Source of the DNA: Octopus vulgaris
Lineage: Eukaryota
DNA: 64,000 nt
NCBI GenBank assembly: GCA_951406725.2
Contig: OX597826.1
Span: forward strand, 13,020,001-13,084,000
Direction: 5' to 3'
Shown here piece after piece: positions 48,401 to 62,400 of the stretch; position 1 is the stretch's first letter, and each line of letters starts with the position of its first letter. The notes beneath the pieces were generated by a model that was not told where the DNA came from, ran no database searches, and saw only the letters and a list, made by a program, of their open reading frames with translations. Made by a program: the position numbers and the translations under genes.

Positions 48401-49341
48401 CCGCCGAGGTCGACTTTGCCTTTCATCCTTTCGGCGTTGATTAAATAAGTACCAGTTACGCACTGGGGTTGATATAATCAACTTAATCCGTCTGTTTGTC
48501 TTTGTTTGTGCTCTCTGTGTTTAGCCCCTTGTGGGTAGTAAAGAAATAGGTATTTTGGTATTTTGTCTAAAAGGTTCAGCATCCTAAGACCGTTCTTCTG
48601 TACTTCATCTCTTGTCTTTTTGGATCTTCCACTTCCACAATGACCATCCACTTCCACATTACCAAACCAGCCCTGTCTTCTCTCTTGCACACAGCAACTA
48701 ATTCCTCTTATTCCTAACTTCTCTCTCTAAACACTCGCACATTGTTGAACAGGTACACTTACATTACACACCCAACTGACCATTCTAGCGTCATTCTTTT
48801 CTAACCTTCACATGACCTCTGCATTCAGGGCCTACATCTCACTACCATGTAGAATTGCTGTTCGTATACATGCATCATATAATCTTCCTTTCATTTGGAG
48901 GGAGAAACCTTTTGTGGCAAACAGAAGTAACAGCTCTCAGAATTTCCTCCATCCTATTCTTATTTTTCTCTCATACTCTCCGTGCATCTTCTCCCACTAC
49001 TAATTTAGTCCTCTAGGTAACAGAAATGATCTACTACCTCTAATGAAACACCAAGGCATTTGAGAGTATCAATTTCCTGAGTCTCTAAAGTTTTTTATCA
49101 TCATCATCATTTTGATCAACTGTGGTCAAGACAATGGAATTTACTATGTTACGCCAGACTTCACGGTCCATCATGGCATTACGGAGGTCCTGTTGCTGGA
49201 TGCCTGTATCGCTGGAGATTACATCAGGGTAGGAGAGTGTTAAAAAAGTTTTTTATGGACCCTGTGCATCTTCCACATAAAAAAAACTTTCTTCTCTGAT
49301 AACCTTCCTATTAATCTACTGCACCTCTTGTGTGTCCATAG

Positions 49342-49412
<71 letters not shown>

Positions 49413-52400
49413 CTCCCTCACACACACATGTACACACTCTTTTCTAATTGTTACTCATTTATTTCTCAGAATATTTTGAAGTCCATAAATTAATTGCCAA
49501 CCTTTTTTTATCTAGTCAATACAAATTATAGTATCTATTCTGAGATGAGATGATAGGTGAAGCTTTCTCGTATAACTGGTAATACTTCTGCTGAACAAGG
49601 TACAACTTTATTTGTTGTACCCAAGTTTCTTTTTCAAATTGTTGTTTACCCTGTCTTAGTATCATTTGTCTATGTTTTGTTACTAATTTCCTCTCCACTT
49701 TTCCAGATCTATTACTGCAGTCGCACTCATTCCCAGCTGTCTCAGTTTATTAAAGAAATCAAGAAGAGTCCCTATGGAGACGATGTCAGTGTGACAACAT
49801 TAGCTTCAAGACAAGTAAGATTGGCCAACAAAAATTCCTAAACATTAAGACTCAATAGATTTAAATACGAAAGCATGTTACCTAGCAGTTAGAATGATGC
49901 ATTCACAATCGCAAGGTCATGGTTTCAATTCCTGGACTAGGCGAAGTGTTGTGTTCTTGAGCAAAACACTTCATTTTGCATAGCTCCAGCCCTCTCAGCT
50001 GCAAATAAGCTCCCCTGTGATGAATTGGTGCCTGTTTAGAGGGACTGTCATGATCTTGGTCTCTTGTACATCATAGGCCTCCTCACCTAGCCAGTGGACA
50101 GCATCATTTGAAAGCTACAACAATGCAAAGAAGTGCATGGTGACCAAGGGTGTATAACAGCTTCTAATAGTCTGGTTCATATGGTGATACAGTGACATTT
50201 ACGTATGCCAAATGTTTCCAATCATATTTTATATAATACTTTCAGAAATGTTTAATAAGAGCTGCCAACTGGCTTCCTTGCCGGTGGCATGTAAAAGGGC
50301 ACCATTCAAGTGTGATCGTTACCAGCGTCGCCTTACTGGCACTTGTGCCTGTGCTAGTAGGGTACCAAGAGCACCATTCGAGTGTGATTGTTGCCAGAGC
50401 AGCCAACTGGCTTCCGTGCCGGTGGCACGTAAAAGGGCACCATTCGAGCGTGATTGTTACCGACGTCACCTTACTGGCACCTGTGCCGGTGGCATGTGTA
50501 AAAAGATTCGAGGTCATTGCCAGTACTGCCTGACTGGCCCCCGTGACAGTGGCACATAAAAAGCACCCACTACACTCTCAGAGTGGTTGGCGTTAGGAAG
50601 GGCATCCAGCTATAGAAACTCTGCCAGAACAAGATTGGAGATTGGTGCGGTTGTCTGGTTCGCCAGCCCTCAGTCAAAATCGTTCAACCCATGCTAGCAT
50701 GAAAAGCGGACGTTAAACGATGATGATGATGATATTATATAAGTTGCTTTTTGCCTTAAACAAATCAAAATCTCTGACGTGGCCAGTGACAGTACCTTCT
50801 TGATTGGCGCTCGTGCCAGTGAAACGTTAAAAGCACATCTGAGCGTGATCGTTGCCAGGGCCACAGGTTGGCTCCCATGCCGGTGACACATGAAAAGCAC
50901 CATTCGAGCATAATCGTTGCTAGCATCACCTTAACGGCACATGAAAAACAACATTCGAGCGGGGTCATTGCCAGTGCCACCAGACTGGTTCCCATGCAGG
51001 TAGCACGTAAAAACACCTTTTGAGCATGGTCGTTGTCAGAACCGCCTGTGGCATGTAAATGCACCCACTACACTCTCAGAGTGGTTGGTGTTAGGAAGGG
51101 TATCCAGCTGTAGAAACATTGCCTGATCAGATTGGAGCCTGGTGCAGCCTCCTGGTTTGCCAGTCCCCAGGCAAACCGTCCAACCCATGCCAGCATGGAA
51201 AGCGGACATTTTTTCTGGCTTTCATAAGACATCAAGATATGTCTTTTATATTTTTTTTTTTTACTTGTTTCAGTCACTAGACTGCGGCCATGCTGGAGCA
51301 CCACCTTGATGAATTCTTTAGTTGAATGAATCAACCCTAGTACTTGGTTTTTAACGCCTGGTACTTGGCTGAACTGCTGAGTTATGGGAACGTAAACCAA
51401 CCAATACCAGTTGTCAAGCAGTAGTAGGAGACACACACACACATATAGAATGGGATTCTTTCAGTTTCCCTCTACCAAATCCACTCACAAGGCTTTGGTC
51501 AGCATGACGCTATAGTAGAAGACACTTGCCCAAGATGCCATGCAGTGGGCCTGAACCTGGAACCATTTGGTTGGGAAGCAAGCTTCTTACTACACTGTTA
51601 TGCCTGCAACTATATATGGAATAAGTTGTCAGGGACATCTGTGGAATGTAATAGCACTTTCCTTAGGAATCGGTTTCTGTTCTTTGGCATATGTCTGTGA
51701 ATCAGTAAAAGCCAAATCTCAATGTTGCCAGATTTAAGAGGCCTCACCTGTAGCAAGGCAATGTGCATCTGTTTGCTATTTTTATGTTTCTCTGTTATAC
51801 TACTTCATTGTGACCCTTATTTTTCTGTTGCAGAATATGTGTATCAATGAGAATGTCCAACGTTTAAAGTCTTTAACTTTAATAAATGACCAGTGTTTGG
51901 AATTGCAGAAATCTAAAAAAAGTAAGATTCTCTCTAAAATGGACTTAATATCCTTTTGCTTTATTTAAAAACCAAGTTTCGTTTTTGGATTTGGTTTGCA
52001 AGATTCTTTATGTGAGTTCGTGTGTTGAAGCATATTCTGTTGTGTCTGGGGAGAATCATTTTCTTTTTGTGCCTTATAATGTAACACACTCACCGGTAAA
52101 ATTTCCACTTATTTCTTATTTTTATTTTCCTAAAATTTTCGTTGCATCTTGCAACCTTTTCAATACATTTATGTTTCACTGACGGGCACGAGCACCATAC
52201 GAGCATGATCGTTGACACAGCAGCTAACCGGCTTCCGTGCCAGTGGCACATAAAAGGCAGCATTTGAGTGTGATCGTTTCCAGCATCGCCTTACTGGCAC
52301 TCAAGCCCCGTGCTAGTAGGGTGCTAAGAGTACCATCCGAGCATGATCGTTGCCAGAGCGGCCAACTGGCTTCTGTGCCGGTGGCATGTAAGAGGTACCA

Positions 52401-55007
52401 TTCAAGCGGGATCGTTACCAGCATCGCCTTACTGGCACCTGTGCCGTTGGCATGTGTAAAAAGATTCTAGCGTGGTCATTGTCAGTAACGCCGGATTGGC
52501 CCCCGTGCTGGTGACACGTAAAAGCACCCACTACACTCTCGGAGTGACCAAAAAGAGATGAGCACATAGTTGGTCTGTACAATGTGCAGCATATGCCACT
52601 GGTAGACCCACAAAAAATCTTCCTTCCACTCCTTCACATAAAACTCAGCCTCATGAAAAACTTCGTAAAAGCAATGACACACATTGGTTGTGCCTTCCAG
52701 TACTTACAAGTAAAATTAGGTGCAGAGAAAAGTGACACAAAACTGCAAGGATTTTCATTGGCTCTGAAATCAGAGAATTGATATCTGATAGAAAATTCAG
52801 AGGTAAACTGAATCCAGTTGAGCTGACGGCTAGGGATTCGTTCATATTAATTCTACAGAACTTTCTTCTGATACTATTTATTTGCTAATAAGAAAATAAA
52901 TAAATTGGATGAGGGTAAAAAATTGACAAAAAAATTATTTGTTATCTTTAATCAAAAAGAATTTATTTGTGATATAAATTTTAACTGAAACATTTCTATA
53001 TTTAGCAAATATAAATATACCATTGCGTTCTCATGGCATAAAAAACTCACTTCCTTGCATAGCAGTTCTGTTATTCTACTTTATTATACTTCCAGGTTCA
53101 AGTACCAAAGAAAAACAACCAAAGAAACAGAAACAGGCCAGTTGTCCATTCTACAAAGTAGAAAGAATTGAGCATTATAAAGATAGAATTCTTGTAAGAT
53201 TTTTAATTTTCTATTTTGAATTAGTATGATAGCCAATTGGGATTTATTTGAGGCTTTGTTGTTGCTTGTTAAAAACTACAAATGTTAGAAGTCCCTTATT
53301 ATAATCACAGGAAGTGTTTTAAAAAACAAAGTGGTGAGCTTTGTAGCATTGTTAGCACATCAAACAAAATGCTTAGTGGCATTTCTTCTGGTTCTTTATG
53401 CTCTTGGTTCAAATCCTGCTGAGGTCAAGTTTGCTTTCCATCCCTTTGATTTTGGTAAAATAACTGACAATCAATTATTAGACTCAGTGTAATTGACATG
53501 TTCCCGTCTTTCAAAATTGCTGACCTTAGACCTTGCCATGAACCAGCATCCCTTTCAGAAGAATGTTTTGATCTCAGTCACTTGTATGTCATGGAAACTG
53601 GGTAACTGGCCTTATGAGTCCTTGGGCTATAGAAAAACAAAATCTTATAAAATAAATTCTTATCTAAATTACTGGGTCCAAAACTCTTAAGAATAATTTT
53701 TAAAATGTCTGTTTATTATAATCAAAGGTCTAGATGTCATCCAGTCATTGTTATTGAAAAGACTTCATCCAAAGTGATCTAAGAAAGTGACTTCTACTGT
53801 AATATAAATCATCATCATCATTTAACCTCCGCTTTCCATGCTAGCATGGGTTGGACGATTTTGACTGAGGGCTGGCGAACCAGATGGCTGCACCAGGCTC
53901 CAATCTTGATATGGCAGAGTTTCTACAGCTGGATGCCCTTCCTAACGCCAACCGCTCCAAGAGTGTAGTGGGTGTTTTTACGTGCCACCGGCACGGGGGC
54001 CAGTCAGGCGGTACTGACAATGACCTCACTCGAATCTTTTTATTTCAATATAAATATCTTATTTCTTTGTAGACTGAAGTTAGAGACATTGAACAACTCG
54101 TTAACCTGGGAAAGCAAATGAAATGTTGTCCATATTATGGCACACGTTTTAGTATTGCAGCAGCAGAGGTAAGTCTAGTTTCATAAGTATTGTGTGTTTT
54201 TTTATCATCATCATCATCGTTTAACGTCCGTTTTCCATGCTAGCAAGGGTTGGACAGTTCGACCAGGGTCTGGGGAGCCAGGAGGCTGCACCAGGCTCCA
54301 GTCTGATCTGGCAGTGTTTCTACAGCTGGATGCCCTTCCTAACGCCAACCACACCGTGAGTGTAGTGGGTGCCTTTTACATGCCACCTGCACCGGTGCTA
54401 GGCGAGGCTGGCAACAGCCACAACCAGTTGGTGCTTTTTACGTGCCACCGGCATGGAAGCCAGTCAAGGCGGCGCTTTGACACAATTTCCATTGATTTTT
54501 TGATCGATTTTGATTTCACTTGCCCCAACAGGTCTTACCAAGCAGAGTTTTGTGTCCAATGGCTACATCCCAGGTAAAGATACCGGGTTATGGTCTCACT
54601 TGTCCTGCCGGGTCTTCTTGAACGATGATGTATAACATACAGCTTCTCTTATCTGCTACTTTCTCCTGCAGAAAACATATAATTGCATCAAGGACTTGAA
54701 GATCCCAGCCAGAGGTCCAGAAGGTCACCTTATTTTCTGGCAAACTTGTCTGTGGATTCTATCTTTAATAGTGCTGCTTACAATGATCCAGGCTATGGTT
54801 AGCAGCAGCCACTTTTTTACTCTTTTACTTGTTTCAGTCATTTAACTGTGGCCATGCTGGAGCACTGCCTATAGTCGAGCAAATCGACCCCAGGATTTAT
54901 TCTATCGGCCTTTTTTGCCAAACCGCTAAGTTACGGGGACATAAACACACCAGCATCGGTTGTCAAGTGATGTTGGGGGGACAAACACGGACACACAAAA
55001 ATGTACG

Positions 55008-55049
<42 letters not shown>

Positions 55050-58000
55050 ACAGGCTTCTTTCAGTTTACGTCTACCAAATCCACTCACAAGGCTTTGGTC
55101 GACCTGAGGCTATAGTACAAGACACTTTCCCCAGATGCCATGCAGTGGGCCTGAACTACGCCATTGACTACGTTCTCAACACTGCTCTCCGGGACTACCA
55201 GGACGTAGAGGTTGGGAGAGGAGTCGCGGTGACGGACCTGGCCTACGCGGACAACATCGTACTGATGGGTGCAAGCAGGGAGGATGTTCAAGCGGCTCTC
55301 AAAGGGGTTCAAACGGCAGCAGCTACGGTTGGTCTCCTAATTAATGCCGCCAAGTCAAAGGTGATGAGGTCGTTGGTTCCAACTGACATCTGGCAGCCAA
55401 TATCTCTCACAGGCGAGGACCTGGAGGAAGTGGAGTCTTTGGTCTACTTGGGCTCAACGGTGAGCCCAAATGGTCAGGGTGCAGCTGAGGTCGATCATCG
55501 TATCAATGCTGCTCGATCTGCCTTTGGATGCCTAGAGCGGTGTCTGTGGAACCGAAGGGAGAGCTCATCGGTGACCAAAGGGCAAATATATCAGGCCGTC
55601 ATTCGTACAGTACTCTATGGCTGTGAAACGTGGTCTATGCGGGTGGTCGATCAACGAAGGCTGGAATTCTTTGACAATGACTGCCTCCGGTGCATTCTTC
55701 GCTGCCGTCAGGTGGATCGGGTTCCCTCCACCAATCTCTGAGTTCGCCTGTCTCTGTGGCCCCTTCTATCTGTCCTTCTGCAATGGTGTTTGTGGTGGTT
55801 TGGCCATGCATGTAGGCGTCCGGTGGGTGAACTGAGCCATGATGTCCTTCTCCCAACTCCACTTCCCAACTGGTGGAAACGTGCGGGCAGGCAGCTGAAG
55901 ACCTGGGTTATGATGTTCAAGGAGGACCTCTCTGTGCTCACAGGTCCGCAGGTGGTCAGCCTGCGCTGATGGAACCATGACTGACTCATTCCACCTGATT
56001 TTCTCCCCTCCATACACACGCAAGCATGTATCTGACTCATACACTGTTCGCTTCCCAGACATTTGTACATTACTGCATATTCTTTATATGCACTTTTGAC
56101 AAGTTGTGGTGCACCTGAGCACTGTATACAATAATTTCATTATTATTATATAATCACTTATGTTGTAGCTTTGTGATTTCCATGGTGTGGTTGTATATTT
56201 TCAAAATGACATTGTAGAGTAAGTGTGAGAGGCAGGATTTAGCCAGTTTGATCATAAAGCATGCACAATATTTGGGCTGGATATAGTCAGATTAAATGCT
56301 GAAAGGTTAAAGACAAACCATGACCACAGAACAGTAACTTTGCTGTAGTTATATATCTATAAGATCGAAATCAAATTCGATGATTGACATCCGTGCTAGT
56401 AGGGTGCCAAGAGCACCATACGAGCGTGATTGTTGCCAGAGCAACAAGCTGGCCTCCGTGCCAATGGGCATGTAAAAAGCACCATTCAAGCATGATCGTT
56501 ACCTACGTTGCCTTACTGGCACTTGTGCCTGTGGCACATGAAAAATACATTTGAGCTAGGTCGTTGTCAGTACTGCTAGACTGGCTCATGTGCAGGTGGT
56601 ACATAAAAAGTACCATTTGAGCGTGGCACGTAAAAAGCACCCACTACACTCTCGGAGTGGTTGGCGTTAGGAAGGGCATCCAGCTGTAGAAACTCTGCCA
56701 GATTAGATTGGAGCCTGGTGCAACCACCTGGTTTGCCAAACCTCAGTCAAATCGTCCAACCCATGCTAGCATGGAAAGCGGACGTTAAATGATGATGATG
56801 ATGTTCAATTAGTTTTGTTTGTTGACCTAAATTAATGAAATCATTAAAAAACAAGTAACTTCTTTATAGGTTATTTTGATGTTTAACCTCTCCTGAAACC
56901 TGTCTTTGTGTTCTTAACTTTTAGATTGTTGCGCTGCCTTACAACACGATGCTCCATCGTTCCACTCGCGAGTCCTGTGGAATCAAGCTTGAAGGTAATA
57001 TTGTTATCATAGATGAAGCTCATAATCTGCTAGAGACCATCAACAACATTCATAGTGTTGAAGTGTTCGGGTCACAAGTAAGACATATTCCTACCTCCTC
57101 GTCTTCATTGTTTTTTATTTAATTACCGTAAATCCTCGAGTATAGTCCGCCCTTGAGTATAATACGCAGGGGGATTTTTAGGGGGTTGTACCTCTGAAAA
57201 ACCTAAACCTTGTGTATAATACGCACCCCTTCTCTAACATGAGTCGTGCGTAATTAAGCCAGCAGCAACATAGTCAAACAAACACGTCCGCGCATGCGTA
57301 ATACAATAATGGTGATGTTCTTAACTGTTATATGGGAATGTAAATACGTTTGAAAATTGTTTTTGTTACATGTTATTCTGTGTTCTGAATACTTTTATTT
57401 TAATAAATGTTGCTTACTGCAGGTTATGGGTGATTCTTTTATGACTTCATTGCTTTCAGGCTTAGGTTAAGGGATTTTCATGTCCGACATCACGAAATGC
57501 GTCTGAATAAACATTGCCGGACAGCAAATAGAGACTCGGACATTGCTTAGAAAATAATTTTTCATTTTTAACCTCGTATATAGTACGCACTAGGGATTTT
57601 GACCTTTAAATTTTGGGGAAAAAAATGCAGATTATACTCGAAGATTTATGGTACATTCTTTGTATAAAATATGTTTCTTTGCTGTGTTTGTTTGTTGGAA
57701 AAATTGTTTTTACTGTTGGAAGCACAGGCATGGCTGTTTGATAAGAAGTTTGCTTCCCAGGCATATGGTTTGGGTTCAGTCTTTCTTGGGCAAGCATCTT
57801 CTACTATTGGGCTATAGTAGCCATGTGAATGGATTTGGTTGACGGAAGCTGAGAGAAGCCCGTGCATTTGTGTGTTACTGTCTTCTTACCTTGACATCCA
57901 CATGATAGTTATGAGTGGCACCATCAGCTAGGAGGGTCCTTTATTTCTCGTCTCCCATGAAAACATGCTTAATCATGTGGAAATATTAACTTACTTGGTG

Positions 58001-59411
58001 AAAAAACAAAACAAATGAGGACTGGTGGCATGAAGAACATCGGGCCATTGAGAATCTACTTCTACAAATCACATCTAACCCATGCAATCATTGGAAAGTG
58101 GATGTTAAAACAATGATGTTGATAACACCTTTTTTTTTGCTAAGTCAAGCTGAAGCAAGCAGAGTTGTCTCTCTTGTGTAGTAATGCAACACAATGGCAA
58201 TTGTAGGTGAGAAAAACAAGCTGAACCTTCATCATCATCATTTAGCGTCCGCTTTCCATGCTAGCATGGGTTGGACGGTTCAACTGGTGTCTGGGAAGCC
58301 AGAAGGCTGGACCAGGCCCAGTCTGATCTGGCAATGTTTCTACGGCTGGATGCACTTCCTAACGCCAACCACTCCGTGAGTGTAGTGGGTGCTTTTTACG
58401 TGCCACCCGCACAGGTGCCAGACGGGGCTGGCAAACAGCCATGGTTGGATGGTGCTTTTTTCATGCCACCGGCAGGAATTATTATTTATTATGGCCAGAT
58501 TCCAACCTGGGCCACAGCAACAAAGTCCACCTGCCACACTTTTCGGGCTAACATCACTGCCTTGAGGTCTTGCATACATTTCAGGCGAGTGTCTGTGGTC
58601 AAGTTGTCAATGTAAGTGTGACAGTGTTTTCTTCTTTTTACATCTCCATGACTTCGTAGATAAATATCGTACACATATATGATGCCAAAATTGGCCTGCA
58701 CACAAATGTCAAGAATCCTGAATACATGTCTGTTTCTTTATTGCCCACAAGGGGCTAAACATAGAGGGGTCACACAAGGACAGACAAACGGATTAAGTCA
58801 ATTACATCGACCCCAGTGTGTAACTGGTACTTAATTTATCGACCCCGAAAGGATTAAAGGCAAAGTCAACCTCAGCGGAATTTGAACTCAGAACGTAGCG
58901 GCAGACGAAATACAGCTACTCATCTCGCCCGGCGTGCTAACCATTCTGCCAGCTCGCCGCCTTCTTTCAACCAGTCAAGTGATATGGAACTGTTTGCACT
59001 GTGAAGTCCCAAATTCAATATTAATGGAAACTTCAAATATTTAGGTGGTTGAGTGAGCAGTTTGGAAGCAAACGCCAAGATCAAGAAAACACAAGCATGG
59101 CCAGCCTGTCACAAACTGAAGAAAGTCTGCATCTCCAAATTACCCAAGCAAATCAGAATCAAGCCGTTCATTGTAGTTGTCATACCAGTGATATTATATG
59201 GCACTGAAACATTGTCAGTCATTTGACTGCGGCCATGCTGGAGCACCGCCTTTAGTCGAGCAAATCAACCCCAGGACTTATTCTTTGTAAGCCTAATACT
59301 TATTCTATCAGTCTCTTTTGCTGAACCGCTAAGTTACGCGGACGTAAACACACCAGCATCTGTTGTCAAGCGATGTTGGAGGGACAAACACAGACACACA
59401 AACATACACAA

Positions 59412-59442
<31 letters not shown>

Positions 59443-62400
59443 TATTTACGACGGGCTTCTTTCAGTTTCCGTCTACCAAATCCACTTACAAGGCTTTGTT
59501 CGGCCCAAGGCTGTAGTAGAAGACACTTGCCCAACGTGCCACACAGTGGGACTGAACCCGGAACCATGTGGTTCGTACGCAAGCTACTTACCACACAGCC
59601 ACTCCTACGCCTAATTGTTGGTCCAATACTTTTGGTCTTTTAAGTGTGAATAAGTTTCTGCAGTTTGTCTGGTTAGTAACATTTATATGTAAAACATTAG
59701 TGCCAAATCTAATTCCACTAATTGTTTTGTTTCATTTTAGCTCTGCCAAGCACATTCCCAGCTGAGCCAGTATGTACAGAGATATCGCAACAAGTTAAAA
59801 GCAAAGAATTTAATGTACACCAACCAGATTCTGTTCCTGTTATCCAGATTTGTTGTATACATTGGAGGTTTGTAGTGGTTAGATTTTGTTTAATTGCTAA
59901 AAGATTCAGTGGTTTATTAGTTTAACATAAATTTAAACCATTTATTGGTTGGTAGATCTTGAGAAAATATATAGAGAAAGAATTCCTGAAAATTGCTGTT
60001 TCAGGAGGAGAAGAATTGGAGAATTGTACTACTGCAATGAGAAGATTAAAATTTTTGAGGCTAATACCTATTGATTTCAAAGGAGTAAAGGTTTCCGCAG
60101 AAAATGATACAGTTTAAGACAATGGTTCTATCATTTTACTTAAAATATGAATGTTTCTTTTAAGGAAAATGCTCTTTCTGTTTTTTTTTCTTTACTTTGC
60201 TACTATTTACATCATCATCATCATCAACATCATCGTCGTTTAACGTCCGCTTTCCATGCTAGCATGGGTTGGACGATTTTGACTGAGGGCTGGTGAACCA
60301 GATGGCTACACCAGGCTCCAATCTTGATCCGGCAGGGTTTCTACAGCTGGATGCCCTTCCTAATACCAACCACTCCGAGAGTGTAGTGTGTGCTTTTTAT
60401 GTGCCACCGGCACAGGGGCCAGTCAGGCAGTACTGGCAAGTTCATATATACTGATGACCTCTTTTTGTAGCAAAGAGTTCCCTTGAAGCAAACCTCATCA
60501 GAGCCCTTGATGAATTACTCTTACAAACACAACCATCTACATGGCAACCCTGTGAAGATTCAAGCCTGATTACTCTATCTCTGGAATTGTGAAGCCAACC
60601 AACCTCTTTGCAACACCACTGGATTGGAAAAACACCATACTGATTGATGGTTTCTGTTACAACATCCTACTAAAACTGGTCAGCTCCAAATGGAGAACCA
60701 CAGCACACGCATTAAGCTCTACTGCTCTGGCCTCATGCTATTCCACTGTGCATGACCTGTCTTGGAAGGATCGACCAATGGTTAAAAACCTACCCAGCAT
60801 TGAACGATACCTATTGCCTGATCACTTTTGTTTGTTCTTTCTCGAGCCACGCCTGGCTCATAAGGGCCGGTTTCTTGGCGTATAGGTACCCACCTGGACG
60901 GGACGCCAGTCCATCGCAAGTGAGCTGCAAGATGCAGGAGGAAAGAGTGAGAGAAAGTTGTGAAAGAGTCAGCAGAAGTTTCGCCATTACCTTCTGCTGG
61001 AGCCACGTGGAGATTAGGTTTGTCGCTCATAAACACACACATCACCCAGTCTGAGATTCGAATCCACGATCCCTCGACCGCAAGTCCGCTGCTCTAACCA
61101 CTAGGCCTCCACCGCCTGATCACTGGTTGCACAAAACCCACCAACCCAAGCAAGCTGTAGTGCCTCTGCTGATATCAGCCAAGAACTGACCAGTCGAATT
61201 GAGATGACAAACCCTACTTGTGATGTCCACTTCCTCCATGACCATCAACCCCGTAATAATATTTTACACAGAAAGTAGATTCCAGTTTTAGATGGGAAAA
61301 CTTGAGAATGACATAGGTTTCTCTTCTGCTGAAGATCATCTTCCTGGCTCAGAAGTATCACGGATTTAGCAGAAGACACTCAGCCATTTGGGAATGAGAA
61401 CTGCGTTATCAAAAGTTGTTTTGGTCTGATGGGGCTGCAAGACTGGCCCAAAGACCTGTAAATGTGGAGAAGCAGACCATACTATGCAGTGCTACATTGT
61501 CTGGTCTCTACTACCCACCCCCTTATTTCTTTATTGCCCACAAGGGGCTAAACACAGAGAGGACAAACTAGGACAGACAAACGGATTAAGTCGATTATTT
61601 CGACCCCAGTGCGTAACTGGTACTTAATTTATCGACCCTGAAAGGATGAAAGGCAAAGTCGACCTCGACGGAATTTGAACTCAGAACGTAATGGCAGACG
61701 AAATACTGCTAAGCATTTCGCCCGGCGTACTAACATTTCTGCCAGCTCACTGCCTTACCAACCCAACCCCTGCAGCTCAAAAGACCTTGCAGAGTGTAAT
61801 AAAGATGCAAAGAACTGTGTAAAGAAATAAGAAACAGCCATGTAACCACTATGCATCAAGAAATCAAAGGTTGTTGCTAAGAGCAGCATTGTTCGTGCCA
61901 AAAGTTAAAAGAGAAATGCTTTAAATTAGCTTTGGTATAACACACATGCACACACACACACACACACACAGAGAAATTAACTTTGGTATATTATATGTAC
62001 ACTCACAGAACAATATGAGAATTCATTAACAGTGCACTCTGATTCAGAAACAAGAAATTGCAAATAATTAGCAGATTGAGGACCGTTGATCTTGATATAA
62101 ATGAAATAGTATTCATTAATCTATTCAAATTTGAATATAGTCATTGAGTAATAACTGATGAAATAACAGTTTCAAAAGAGCAAATTTCTGCCAAAAAATT
62201 AGCTGTTTGTAACCAATCATTGGATTTCAGAAAAGTAATTTCCTTGAGAAATAATGTTGCAGAGAGTTCAGAATAGCAAAAGGTTTGGCCTCTGCACCAA
62301 CCATAGCAGTGCTGCAGAAGTGTAACAGAAAGGCGGCGAGCTGACATAAACATTAGCACGCCAGGCGAAATGCTTAGCAGTATTTTGTCTGCCGCTACAT

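Noticed and set aside
55001-55741. Longest ORF (246 aa) as a host gene or active RT
   Set aside because: Microsatellite/SINE-derived start, truncated RT lacking N-terminal motifs, YADN catalytic change and downstream stops.
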